64,000 nt of DNA from an uncultured Acidobacteriota bacterium (GTDB lineage Bacteria > Acidobacteriota > Terriglobia > UBA7540), in NCBI GenBank assembly GCA_963804995.1, contig CAWDSK010000005.1:192001-256000 (forward strand), written 5' to 3'. The stretch's first letter is position 1. Every line of letters begins with the position of its first letter. Made by a program: the position numbers and the translations under genes. Positions 30,271 through 39,579 of this stretch are shown here, piece after piece. The notes beneath the pieces were generated by a model. The model was not told the DNA's origin. It worked only from the letters and a program-made list of their open reading frames with translations, and ran no database searches.

Positions 30271-31035
30271 CTAGCCCCCAGTCCCCAGCACCTTGTCCTT
30301 CTGCATCAACCCCAGCCGGCCCTGGGCATCGAGCTGAAACTTCCAAAGTTCGGTCGCGGCCGCGCAGGTCTGGGTGAAAAAGAGCTTGCGGCGCGCGGAC
30401 GGTTGGAAACCGGAGACGGAAGAAAACAGCGCCACCGTCAAAGGTAGCGCAGAGTTTTTGGGACTCTGCGGCGCGTCAGGCCCGAAACTTGAAACTCGAA
30501 ACTCGAAATCCGGCAGCTCGCTCACGATTTTCGAGTTTCGATTTTCGAGTTTCGCCGTTTCCCCAGCACCCAGCCCCCCGTCCCTGCCGGCGAGGACGCA
30601 GCGTCGGAGGTGCCCAAGCGCCTGCCGGAAGGTCGCCTGCGCGTCGGCATCGCGCACGTCCTCATCGAAATAAAGCTCGGGGAAGGCGGTGACCATCAGA
30701 ACCTGGGCGGGAAAGTCCGCCAGAAATTGGGGCACGCGACTGATCAGCTCGGTGAGTTGAAAACAGGTGAAGGCCCGCGCGATCTTGATCTGCCGGCTGA
30801 TTTGCGCAAAGGGGATCCCGCGCTGTTCCGCCAGCCGCGCGATCAGCCGCGGGTTGGCTGAGTTCGCGCCATCGAGAAACAGAATCCGCTTGCCCTCCCG
30901 CGCCAGGCGTGGCAGGAAGTAGTGGCTGAGCCGGGGCGCGTCGTACTCCCCGTGAAAGACCGCCAGGCCCTGCGGCGGCAGATGCCAGGGCTGGGTCAAG
31001 GCAGCCGGCAGCGAAGTTGGCCCCTGCATGAACAT
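30271..31035 (-). CDS. Inactivated RadA/RecA-like protein
   Basis: ILFLDGANSANP, IARAFTCFQL, YFDEDV; no intact Walker A; repeat-derived insert. Confidence 0.75.
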   Translation of the reverse strand: MFMQGPTSLPAALTQPWHLPPQGLAVFHGEYDAPRLSHYFLPRLAREGKRILFLDGANSANPRLIARLAEQRGIPFAQISRQIKIARAFTCFQLTELISRVPQFLADFPAQVLMVTAFPELYFDEDVRDADAQATFRQALGHLRRCVLAGRDGGLGAGETAKLENRNSKIVSELPDFEFRVSSFGPDAPQSPKNSALPLTVALFSSVSGFQPSARRKLFFTQTCAAATELWKFQLDAQGRLGLMQKDKVLGTGG

Positions 31036-31064
31036 GACTCTATCCCCCCAATAGAGACGCCCTG

Positions 31065-31093
31065 AGTGTAGGCGAATAAAAAGCGAAAGTCAA
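31065..31093 (-). promoter_or_regulatory. Sigma70 promoter with TTCGC-N6-TTCGC direct repeat in the spacer (putative SOS-type operator)
   Basis: TTGACT-TTCGCTTTTTATTCGCC(17)-TACACT, 30 nt upstream of the operon. Confidence 0.7.
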
Positions 31094-31135
31094 GTCGATC
31101 GGAAGATCGGCAGTGTCCTAGTTTGGAAAGAAGCC

Positions 31136-31388
31136 CCAAGTGACCCCTCACCCGTCCCGCCCCGGCTGATGAAGACGCCGGCTGCGGTCCACCCTCTCCC
31201 CTCGGAGAGGGCGGTTACTCAAGGTAAGGTGCGGTGCCGTAGCTACCCTGAGATCATAGCCTTCTCCCCAGGGGTCGCAGATCCGCCGTGGCGGAAGAAG
31301 GTGGCTGACGTAGGAAGCCGGATGAGGGGTTACTTGCACCTGCAGGGCGTCGAAACAATTTGCAACTCATAAATTCAAAAACTATTAG
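31136..31388. mobile_element. MITE/REP composite copy (same core as 39178-39435)
   Basis: ccaagtgacccctcacccgtcccgccccggctgatg... ending aattcaaaaactattag. Confidence 0.75.
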
Positions 31389-31527
31389 CCCGGCGCTACG
31401 TCAAACTAGGTCACTACCGGAAGATCGGCACACGCGCGAATCATCTGGACGAACTTTCGCTCGCGTGCTAGAAAAGAATTTCGCTTGAGCAAGGCATTTT
31501 TTTGACGAAAGCCGTCAGCTAACGCCT

Positions 31528-31597
31528 TAGCTGATAGCTGAAAGCTGATAGCTGATAGCTGAAAGCTGATAGCTGACGCCTGATAGCTGACCGCTAA
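31528..31597 (+). repeat. Heptamer tandem repeat ((T/A)AGCTGA)n
   Basis: About 10 units directly upstream of surE. Confidence 0.9.
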
Positions 31598-31613
31598 TAA
31601 CAGAAAGGACTCC

Positions 31614-32369
31614 TTGAAACGCATTCTCATCACGAACGACGACGGAATTGGCGCGGTAGGAATCAAAGCCCTGGAGCAGGGTCTGGCGGCGGTGGGTGAA
31701 GTGACGGTGATCGCTCCTGATCAGGAGATGAGCGCCACCAGCCAGTCAATCAGCCTGAACATCCCGCTGCGCTTCCACCGCCATGGCGAGCGGCACTACG
31801 CGGTTACCGGCACGCCCACGGACGCAGTGCTTCTGGGTCTCTACCACATTCTGCCGCAGCGGCCTGACCTGGTGGTTAGCGGCATCAATCCGGGGAGTAA
31901 TCTGGGTGAGAACGTGGCGTACTCCGGCACGGTCGCGGCGGCACTGGAGGGCACGCTGCATGGAGTCCCCTCCTTCGCCATTTCGCTCGCCACGCGCAAG
32001 CCCGTGGATTTTTCCCAGGCGGCGGCCTTCGCGGCGCAACTTGCCGTCAAGATATTGGAAGAGGGCATGGAGCCGGGAGTGTGCTTGAACGTGAACGTGC
32101 CGCGCGGCGAAGTGCGTGGCGTGCGCATTACCCGGCAGAGTCAGAAGGTTTCGCGAAACGTCGTCCTCGAAAAGCAGGACCCGCGCGGGCGGCACTATTA
32201 TTGGCTCGACGAAACCGTGGAACCGGACGCAGTTGAGCCGGATTCCGATTACGGCGCCATTCTCGCCCGCGAAATCTCCATAACACCCCTCCACGCTGAC
32301 CGCACGCATTACCCCAGTCTGAACCATATTTCCCGCTGGCTGCCCGCCTTGCAGGTGACGAAGAAGTAG
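31614..32369 (+). CDS. surE: 5'/3'-nucleotidase SurE
   Basis: ILITNDDG, GTPTDAV, SGINPGSNLG, YSGTVAAA. Confidence 0.96.
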   Translation: MKRILITNDDGIGAVGIKALEQGLAAVGEVTVIAPDQEMSATSQSISLNIPLRFHRHGERHYAVTGTPTDAVLLGLYHILPQRPDLVVSGINPGSNLGENVAYSGTVAAALEGTLHGVPSFAISLATRKPVDFSQAAAFAAQLAVKILEEGMEPGVCLNVNVPRGEVRGVRITRQSQKVSRNVVLEKQDPRGRHYYWLDETVEPDAVEPDSDYGAILAREISITPLHADRTHYPSLNHISRWLPALQVTKK

Positions 32370-32720
32370 AGGCTTGGGGTTGGGAATTAGGGATTCGGGG
32401 ATATTGAAATCATAGCCCTCTCCGAGGGGAGAGGGTGGACCGCCGCCGGCGTTTTCATCAGCCGGGGCGGGACGGGTGAGGGGGTACTTCACCACCCGAT
32501 GAGCGGACCCGCACCCACTTACAGAACCGGCGGCAAAGTCGGCATGTCAGGTCGGTGAGTCCGTCTTCGCCAGGGATCACGCTATCCCGAGACAGTTCTG
32601 CAACGTGCCGCAAGCAGGCCAGTCGCCGCGGTGATGTCGATATCCGCGATCAGCAATTTTTCGTCCTGCGATGTTATGATAAATTACTCGGGGGCCGCAG
32701 ATCAAACAACCGCCAGAACC

Positions 32721-34892
32721 ATGACGAACAAAGATGTTATATCCGGGTTGGTGACGCCGATCGTCATCATCACATCGACCCTGAGCTATGTGGCGTTGAT
32801 TTTTTCCGGACCACTGGCGCCGGGACTGCCCATCGGCATCGGATACGGATTAGTCAGCGCTGGCATCATGGGGATCGTGTTTGCCGTGGGCAGCGGCATG
32901 CCCTTCGCGATCGCCGGTCCGGACTCCAAGCTGGTCGCCGTCCTCGCCGCTCTCGCTACCGTGATCGCAGGCGACCTCGCGAGTCGCGGACGTGCCGCGG
33001 AAGCTCCTGCCACCGTATTGTTTGCGCTGGTCGCTGGAACCCTGATTACCGGCGTGACGCTTTACCTGCTGGGGGCATGGCGGGCGGGGCGCTGGATCCG
33101 GTTCGTACCCTATCCCGTGATCGCGGGATTCATGGCTGCGTCAGGATACTTGTTGGCCACGGGCGGTATCCGCATCGTGACCGGCACGCCGATCTCGCTC
33201 GAGTTGGTGGAGCAGCTTACTCGGGGACAGCACTTGTTTCAACTCACGGCCGCCCTGGCTTTCACGCTCGGCCTGTTTTGGATCAAGCGGGTAAAGCACC
33301 CCTTGGCGTTTCCCGCGCTGCTGCTGGGCGGAACCTTGGCCACGCATGGGGCTTTGCATAGCGCCGGATACTCGTTCGCTGCGGCTCGCCAGGCGGGGTG
33401 GCTCCTGGAGCTTTCAAACGGCGCGGCCTTGCCGGGTCCCTGGCTACTCAAGGCTCTGCCCAAGATCCACTTGGCGGAATTGCTGTGGGCGGGCGGCGGA
33501 TACGTCGCGCTGGTCGCCGTTACCGCCATGACGCTGTTGCTGAGCCTGATGGCCATCGAAGTTGAAACACGGCTCGACCTCGACCTTGACCGCGAACTGC
33601 GCCTGAACGGCTTCGCCAATATTCTGGTAGGCCTTTCCGGCGGGATGACCGGAACGCTGTCGGCGAGCCGGACGTTGTTCAACTATCGTACGGGAGCGCG
33701 CACGCGTGCCAGCGGCATTCTGGCCGGCATGGTCTGCTTGCTCACGCTGGCATTCGGCACCAAGGCGCTGGGCTTTGTGCCGGTGCCGATACTGGGCGCG
33801 CTGCTGTTACAACTGGGTGCGGAGTTGCTGGATGACTGGTTGGTAAAGGGGTGGCGCACCATGCAGCGCGCCGACTACATCCAGATGGTCGTCATCTTCC
33901 TGGCGATTGTGGCGTGGGACTTCGTGGCTGGTGTAGCAGTGGGTATCATCGCCGCCTGCATTACCTTCGCGGTCAATACCAGCCGCTTGCGCCTGGTGAA
34001 GCTGGGGCTGAACCGTGCGGTTTACAGCGGGCGCGTGGACCGGCCTGTTTACCAGCAGGAACAGCTTGTATTGCACGGCCAGAGCATCCAGATCATGTGG
34101 CTGCACAGCTTCGTATTCTTCGGCAGCGCCCATCGCCTGTTGCTGCAAATCCAGGAGATTATCAAGGCGCAGCAGGGTTCCTGCCGCAGCTTGATTCTCG
34201 ACTTCCGGCAGGTGCTGGGGATCGATTCGTCGGCGGTGATGAGCTTCATCAAGCTTCGCCAGGTAGCTGAACGCGAGGGCTTCGTGATGGTGCTGTCGGA
34301 GATTCCGCCACAAGTGTCGCACGCCTTGCGCGTCGGTGGGCTGCTCGGCGACGGCGACAATTTCACTTGCCGTGTCTTTACGAATACCGACGGGGCGCTC
34401 GAATGGTGCGAGGACAAACTGCTGGCGGAGATCACGACTCGCGAAGAAGCCTTGACCTCAGCGGATAAATGGCTGGCTGAGGAGATCGGCGGCGAACCAC
34501 TTTTCGCACGACTGGTTTCCTACCTCGAGGTGGTCGAATGTCAACCGGGCGACATTCTGATTCGACAAGGCGATGTGGGCGACAGCCTGTATCTGCTCAA
34601 TGCCGGCCGGGTCACGGTGCTGTTGCGAACCCCGGAGGGCGCAGAGTTGCGCTTGCGCAGCATGTTGGGACACACGATTGTCGGCGAAATGGGTCTGTAC
34701 CGAACCCTTCCCCGCGGCGCCTCGGTGCGCGCCGATCAGCCCACGGTGGCTTACCGGATGACGCACGAAGCCATGGCGCGGATGGAACATGATGATCCCG
34801 CCCTCGCCCACAGCTTCCACAAACTGGTGATTCGCACGCTGGCGGCGCGGCTGGATTTTGCCAATCGGGAATTGGCGAGTTTGCAGCGCTGA
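32721..34892 (+). CDS. SulP/SLC26 transporter with STAS and cNMP-binding domains
   Basis: Many TM helices, PYPVIAGF, FFGSA...IDSSA (STAS), GEMGLY...RGASV (cNMP); start approximate. Confidence 0.88.
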   Translation: MTNKDVISGLVTPIVIITSTLSYVALIFSGPLAPGLPIGIGYGLVSAGIMGIVFAVGSGMPFAIAGPDSKLVAVLAALATVIAGDLASRGRAAEAPATVLFALVAGTLITGVTLYLLGAWRAGRWIRFVPYPVIAGFMAASGYLLATGGIRIVTGTPISLELVEQLTRGQHLFQLTAALAFTLGLFWIKRVKHPLAFPALLLGGTLATHGALHSAGYSFAAARQAGWLLELSNGAALPGPWLLKALPKIHLAELLWAGGGYVALVAVTAMTLLLSLMAIEVETRLDLDLDRELRLNGFANILVGLSGGMTGTLSASRTLFNYRTGARTRASGILAGMVCLLTLAFGTKALGFVPVPILGALLLQLGAELLDDWLVKGWRTMQRADYIQMVVIFLAIVAWDFVAGVAVGIIAACITFAVNTSRLRLVKLGLNRAVYSGRVDRPVYQQEQLVLHGQSIQIMWLHSFVFFGSAHRLLLQIQEIIKAQQGSCRSLILDFRQVLGIDSSAVMSFIKLRQVAEREGFVMVLSEIPPQVSHALRVGGLLGDGDNFTCRVFTNTDGALEWCEDKLLAEITTREEALTSADKWLAEEIGGEPLFARLVSYLEVVECQPGDILIRQGDVGDSLYLLNAGRVTVLLRTPEGAELRLRSMLGHTIVGEMGLYRTLPRGASVRADQPTVAYRMTHEAMARMEHDDPALAHSFHKLVIRTLAARLDFANRELASLQR

Positions 34893-35092
34893 GGCACAAG
34901 AGAAAAATCAAATCGTGTCCGGCAGTCCCGCCGGCAGGTGGCGGGCACTGTCACGCTGATGACCTTCCCGTTTGAAAATGGAAATCCCCTTGACGGCGAA
35001 GGGACCGTCATAGGTACCTATACCCTCGTGGGCGAATTGATTAAACCCTAGCAGGCAGGTTGTAGCGCGGGTGTCCCCACACTACAAACCTC

Positions 35093-35860
35093 TCAGATGC
35101 CGCCGTACCAAGCCCACCCTCCTTCCGGAGCCTTGCCGCCCAGCCCTTTTCCATACTGTTTCGCATTGTCGGTCACGACGAGGTGAGTAAGGAACTTCAC
35201 GTTCTTGTATCCGACCTGCCGCCCCACGCGCATACGAACCGGAGCTCCGTGGGGTGCGGGAAGCTCCTGTCCATTCATGCCATAGGCAAGCAAGGTTTGC
35301 GGATGCCACGCGTCGAACATGTCCATGGTGTCCCAAACTGTGTCGAAGGAAAAGATGGCGACGTACTTGGCCTGCGGACTGATACCAACCAAATTCAAGA
35401 TATGGGAGAGCTGGACTCCGGTCCATTCGGCGATGAACGACCAGCCTTGTTCGCAAACGTGGAGCGTGACCTGGCTTACGGAAGGTAACCGTCTCAGATC
35501 CGCGAGCGAGAAGGACTGTGGCCGCGCGACCATGCCGTCGACGTTCAGCCGCCAGTCCGCGAATCCACCGCGCAAATGTTGCCGATACACGTTGCTCTGG
35601 GGAACCTGGCCCTTTACAGGAATGACCCCTTTGGAGATTTGGCTGCGGTCAAATTCGCGAGCCAGGGGATGATGCATCTGAAGAATTCGCTGGGCAGCAT
35701 AGGTGAGGGTGTTGCCCGGTCCCCATATACCCCGGTCATCGGGCGGGATCAGGCCGTAGCGATGGGCGAGGTGGTCAGCCACGCCCAGGCCAGCCACACC
35801 TGCGGCAGCCGCGAGGCCCGTGGTGATCATCTTTCGCCGGGAGATTTTACGGCCGTTCAT
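35093..35860 (-). CDS. Tat-exported molybdopterin oxidoreductase (MsrP/sulfite-oxidase family)
   Basis: SRRKM Tat motif; HVCEQGWS, WTGV, HGAPVR, GYKNVK. Confidence 0.85.
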   Translation of the reverse strand: MNGRKISRRKMITTGLAAAAGVAGLGVADHLAHRYGLIPPDDRGIWGPGNTLTYAAQRILQMHHPLAREFDRSQISKGVIPVKGQVPQSNVYRQHLRGGFADWRLNVDGMVARPQSFSLADLRRLPSVSQVTLHVCEQGWSFIAEWTGVQLSHILNLVGISPQAKYVAIFSFDTVWDTMDMFDAWHPQTLLAYGMNGQELPAPHGAPVRMRVGRQVGYKNVKFLTHLVVTDNAKQYGKGLGGKAPEGGWAWYGGI

Positions 35861-36600
35861 GCGGACTCCTTGCGCGTGGCAACTCGACCCGTAATCATGC
35901 CCCCCATGCGGTTCAAAAATCCTGCAAGACAAACCATGGCAATGTGGATGACGAGGAATGCCACAAGTAAAACTGCCGCGCAGAAGTGAAGGGTTCGCGC
36001 CGATTGGTGACCGCCGAGGATATTGACCATCCAAGGGAATACCGCGGTAAGCCCAAGGGACATGGCAAAACCCGTCCAGATCATGAACGGAAAAAGGACG
36101 AAGATAACCCCCAGGTAAGTCATTCTCTGAACCGCGTTATACGTCTGGGATTCAGCGTCTGTAGGGCGCCCCGGCCATAAGCGAATCGAAACTTTCTGCG
36201 CGATGGAGAACCAGGAGAAGTCCCCCCGGGAGGGCAGCAAATTTTTGCGGAAATGCCCCGTGAAGAGGCCGTAGACGACATAAACCAGGCCGGTCAAAAT
36301 ACAAATCCAGGCAGAGAGGAAATGGAGATGCCGGCCCCAGCCGGACTGGCCCCTGGATACGTATGGAATGGGCAAATCGATGAGAGACGGAGTTAACCAG
36401 GAGCCCGTTTCCCCCCAGTAGAGAGTGGGTTGAACCAGGAGAATGGCCGTACCACTAACCAGCAAGCCGATAAACGCAAGCGTCGTGAGCCAGTGGGTGA
36501 CCCGGACAACAACCGAGTGCCGGGGCGAATCGACAAGAGTCGGATCTTGAACGCCGAGCGCTGGCACACCAAGCCCTGGGATGTAGGCAGATTGCGACAT
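35857..36600 (-). CDS. Cytochrome b membrane partner (Ni-hydrogenase cyt b type)
   Basis: RVTHW, HLHF, YNAVQR, ARTLHF, HI haem ligands. Confidence 0.85.
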   Translation of the reverse strand: MSQSAYIPGLGVPALGVQDPTLVDSPRHSVVVRVTHWLTTLAFIGLLVSGTAILLVQPTLYWGETGSWLTPSLIDLPIPYVSRGQSGWGRHLHFLSAWICILTGLVYVVYGLFTGHFRKNLLPSRGDFSWFSIAQKVSIRLWPGRPTDAESQTYNAVQRMTYLGVIFVLFPFMIWTGFAMSLGLTAVFPWMVNILGGHQSARTLHFCAAVLLVAFLVIHIAMVCLAGFLNRMGGMITGRVATRKESA

Positions 36601-36716
36601 ATAGTCAGGCTAGGGTAGCATGCGAGTATAGGGCGGTCAATGTTGCGAAAAGGACAACCTTACTGACTCTCGATTGCCAAAAAGGGATCTTGGGATTTGT
36701 CCCCGGCGCTGAGGCT

Positions 36717-36839
36717 ATCATTAAGGACGCCTGTTTCGACGCCGATCCGGAAGTTCACCGGGTTCTCACTGAGAAGGTTTTCCCGGCACAAGCCTCGGTC
36801 CTTACCGTGGATGCCTTCATCGCCGAGCAGGGGGAGTGA
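36717..36839 (+). pseudogene. Isochorismatase/cysteine hydrolase 3' fragment
   Basis: IIKDACFDADPEVHRVLTEKVFPAQASVLTVDAF...*; no 5' part. Confidence 0.6.
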
Positions 36840-37784
36840 TTGAGTTCCGAAAACTCCCAGGAAACGTTGCAACAATCCGAGGCAACTTACGCGGGGCTGC
36901 CCCCTTCCCAGGGATGGCAAAAGACTTTTTCCGCCTTACGCAATCCTAATTACCGCTACTTCTATTCGGGACAAACCGTTTCACTGATCGGCACCTGGAC
37001 CCGCACCGCCGCGTTGGGATGGGTGGCCTTTCAGTTCACTCATTCGGAATTCTTGCTGGGAATTGTTTTCATGCTCAATTCCCTTCCCATTTTCCTTTTC
37101 GCCGTTTATGCCGGTTCTCTGGCCGACCGTATTCCGAAGATCCGGATTTTTACATTCACGAGTTGGTTCTCGCTGCTGTCTTCCTTGACTTTGGCCGTCA
37201 TGTTGTTCCGCGGTCCTGTGCACATTGCCTATCTCATGATCTTTGCCGCCCTTTGGGGGCTCTCCACCACCTTTGAGATGCCGTCCCGGCAGACCCTCAT
37301 GGTGGAATTGGTGGGCAAGAAAGATCTGGTGAACGCCATCGCTCTGAACAGCGCCATGGTGAATTCGGCCCGGGTCATCGGTCCCGCTATTGGAGGCGTT
37401 TTACTGGCTTCCTTCGGGGCGGGCTGGTGTTTTCTCTTGGACGCCATCAGTTATTTGGCGGTGCTTTACGCGATTCACAAAATCCAGCTTCCCGCCTCGC
37501 ACTACGCGCCCAAAAAGGTAAAAGCCGACTGGAAATATACTTTAGAAGGATTCAAATATTTAAAAACCAATCCCGCCATAGCTCAAACGGTAAGCCTGCT
37601 TTTCATTATGGGATTGGGAGGCTGGGCCTATCAAACCCAGCTTTCCGCCTTCGTAGTTACCCAACTGAAGATAGGCGCCCAAGGTTATGGCTGGCTTTTG
37701 GCCCTGAATGGTCTGGGCGCTTGTACCGCCGCTTTGTTCGTCGCCACCCAGGGCTCTCGCATCGTCCGCCTTCGGTCGATATAG
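36840..37784 (+). pseudogene. MFS transporter (MFS_3 type), 3'-truncated
   Basis: ALRNPNYR, GSLADR, PSRQ, NAIALNS; only 314 aa and ends next to a REP at ~37800. Confidence 0.7.
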
Positions 37785-38003
37785 CAAATGTACATGGCGC
37801 GGAGGAAGCAAGGCGGTAGCTGCTGCTACCGCACTCCAATGCGGCTTACTGGTACCGCCGGGCTGGGAAGCCTCCCTGCCAAAGTTCGCTTGAGCAAGAG
37901 TGGCTGGATATCGCCGAGTCACTATTGAGCGGCGCCTGACCCGGTTCGTAGAACAACTGGCGCCTGTCCACCCGCACCTCATCCGGTGGACGCTGCGGTT
38001 CTT

Positions 38004-38145
38004 TCAGGCAGCGTATCCCTTGATCCGGATTTCTCCCTTCGACACGTCAACCGCGCCGGGAGCCCAGATCTGGATCAGGTTCAGCCACGAGTACTCCGGA
38101 TGGTTGGTGGTCAGCGTCACGTTCTCCCGCGCTGTACTCGGCCAT
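38004..38145 (-). pseudogene. Internally deleted gene (DUF3237-like tail)
   Basis: GGAGG-ATG MAEYSAGE fused out of frame to RENVTLTTNHPEYSWLNLIQIW...GYAA*. Confidence 0.4.
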
Positions 38146-38246
38146 ACTGATCCTCCCCTTTGTGCGCCCTTGCCGGTTATTGCTATCCTGCACGCCGAAA
38201 CCGTCGGCGAGAGGGAATCGGTAAACCCTGCGCCGTTACAAGGGAG

Positions 38247-38924
38247 CTAACTCCGGGGACCATGCGACTCTGCGCTTAGACTGGGGGCCGTTGCCGCCTG
38301 CTGCCGCCCGCGTTCCCGCACCTCAGCGCGCACCTGCTCAGCCTGCTCGGCGGTAAACTTGAAGGCGCCGAGCGGAGGAGCTTCATAGTCCCTCCGTCCC
38401 CAGATTGCCCGCATGATCCCGGTGGGAGAATGCCCCTGTTGCCCCAGCAGCAGGTGGCCGATTTCGTGTGCGATGGCAGGGCCGAGGACGGCGTAGGGCC
38501 TTACTCCGAACTTTGCCGCCTCTGCTTTGACTTGGCAGAAGGAGAGGCTGGCGAGGTTGCCGATGGCAAAGCCCATGGTACTGTCGTGCGTAACACCCGG
38601 GACAACGGCAATCTCCGGGAGGATCCTCAAGATAAGTTCGGTTGGCTTCGTGGATTCAGTGCAGTCGACCCCCTGCGGGATGCCCGTCAGCTCAGTGTTG
38701 CAGTTCCTCCACGCAACCTCAATCCCTGCGTCACGGTAAATTCTTGCCACATCCCTTTCCGCTTGCTCCAGGGTCTGCCGTGGTACCTGAGCATAGTTGT
38801 AGACCCACACGCTAATGTCTGGCAGTACGGCATCTGTAGTCCGGCTGCGGTCATGCGCAAGAGCTGGAGAATCGAAACTGAGAAGAAAACCCAGGATGAG
38901 GAAGCTTGCGAAGAATTTTTTCAT
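38247..38924 (-). CDS. Secreted protein with HExxH zincin motif
   Basis: Signal peptide MKKFF...ALA; AHEIGHLLLG...H...GIM. Confidence 0.75.
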   Translation of the reverse strand: MKKFFASFLILGFLLSFDSPALAHDRSRTTDAVLPDISVWVYNYAQVPRQTLEQAERDVARIYRDAGIEVAWRNCNTELTGIPQGVDCTESTKPTELILRILPEIAVVPGVTHDSTMGFAIGNLASLSFCQVKAEAAKFGVRPYAVLGPAIAHEIGHLLLGQQGHSPTGIMRAIWGRRDYEAPPLGAFKFTAEQAEQVRAEVRERGRQQAATAPSLSAESHGPRS

Positions 38925-39120
38925 GGCCGTCACCTCTTGCCCGCGCCCTCAACTGCTGGCTGAGCGGGCCGCTTGGTGACGCCTATTTGGTAGTAGGTGG
39001 GCTGCTACCTCAATGCAAGGGAGGTCATACGTTTCTTAAGCTGAGGTCATACCGTAACTCAATGTTGGTAAAGGAGTTGTGGCTGGATGGAGCGGCATGA
39101 GGACTTGACTTTGCCTACCG

Positions 39121-39474
39121 TAGCGCGGATTTCTTACCACGCTTAAAGGGCCTTGGGAGGTTGCCGGAAGGGCGGGGCTTATGGTTTTTGAATTCTTAAC
39201 TTGTAGAATCTTCAAACACCCAAGTGACCCCTCACCCGTCCCGCCCCGGCTGATGAGAACGCCGGCGGCGGTCCACCCTCTCCCCTCGGAGAGGGCTAGG
39301 CACCGCAAATCCCAGCCTTCTCCCAGGGCTCGCAGATCCGCCGTGGCGGAAGAAGGTGGCCGACGTAGGAGGTCGGATGAGGGGTTACTTCCACGCGCGG
39401 GGCGTCGGAACAATTAACAACTCAAAAACCATAAGACCCGCCCTTCCAAACCCGTGGTGACAAGTCCAGGTTAG
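39121..39474. mobile_element. Nested MITE: outer element (family of 57861-57984) with inner CTTATGGTTTTTGA-TIR element at 39178-39435
   Basis: Outer ends tagcgcggatttcttaccacg / cgtggtgacaagtccaggttag; inner IR cttatggtttttga / tcaaaaaccataag inserted in the GGAAGGGCGGG hairpin. Confidence 0.75.
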
Positions 39475-39579
39475 TGGTAAACTCCGCCCCAGTTTAAATC
39501 TCCCGGGGAAGGGTCGCGTTACTGCTTCCGGTTGGGAACTCGCTCCCCACCGGCTTCCCTGTGAAAAGAGGCGTCCGCA

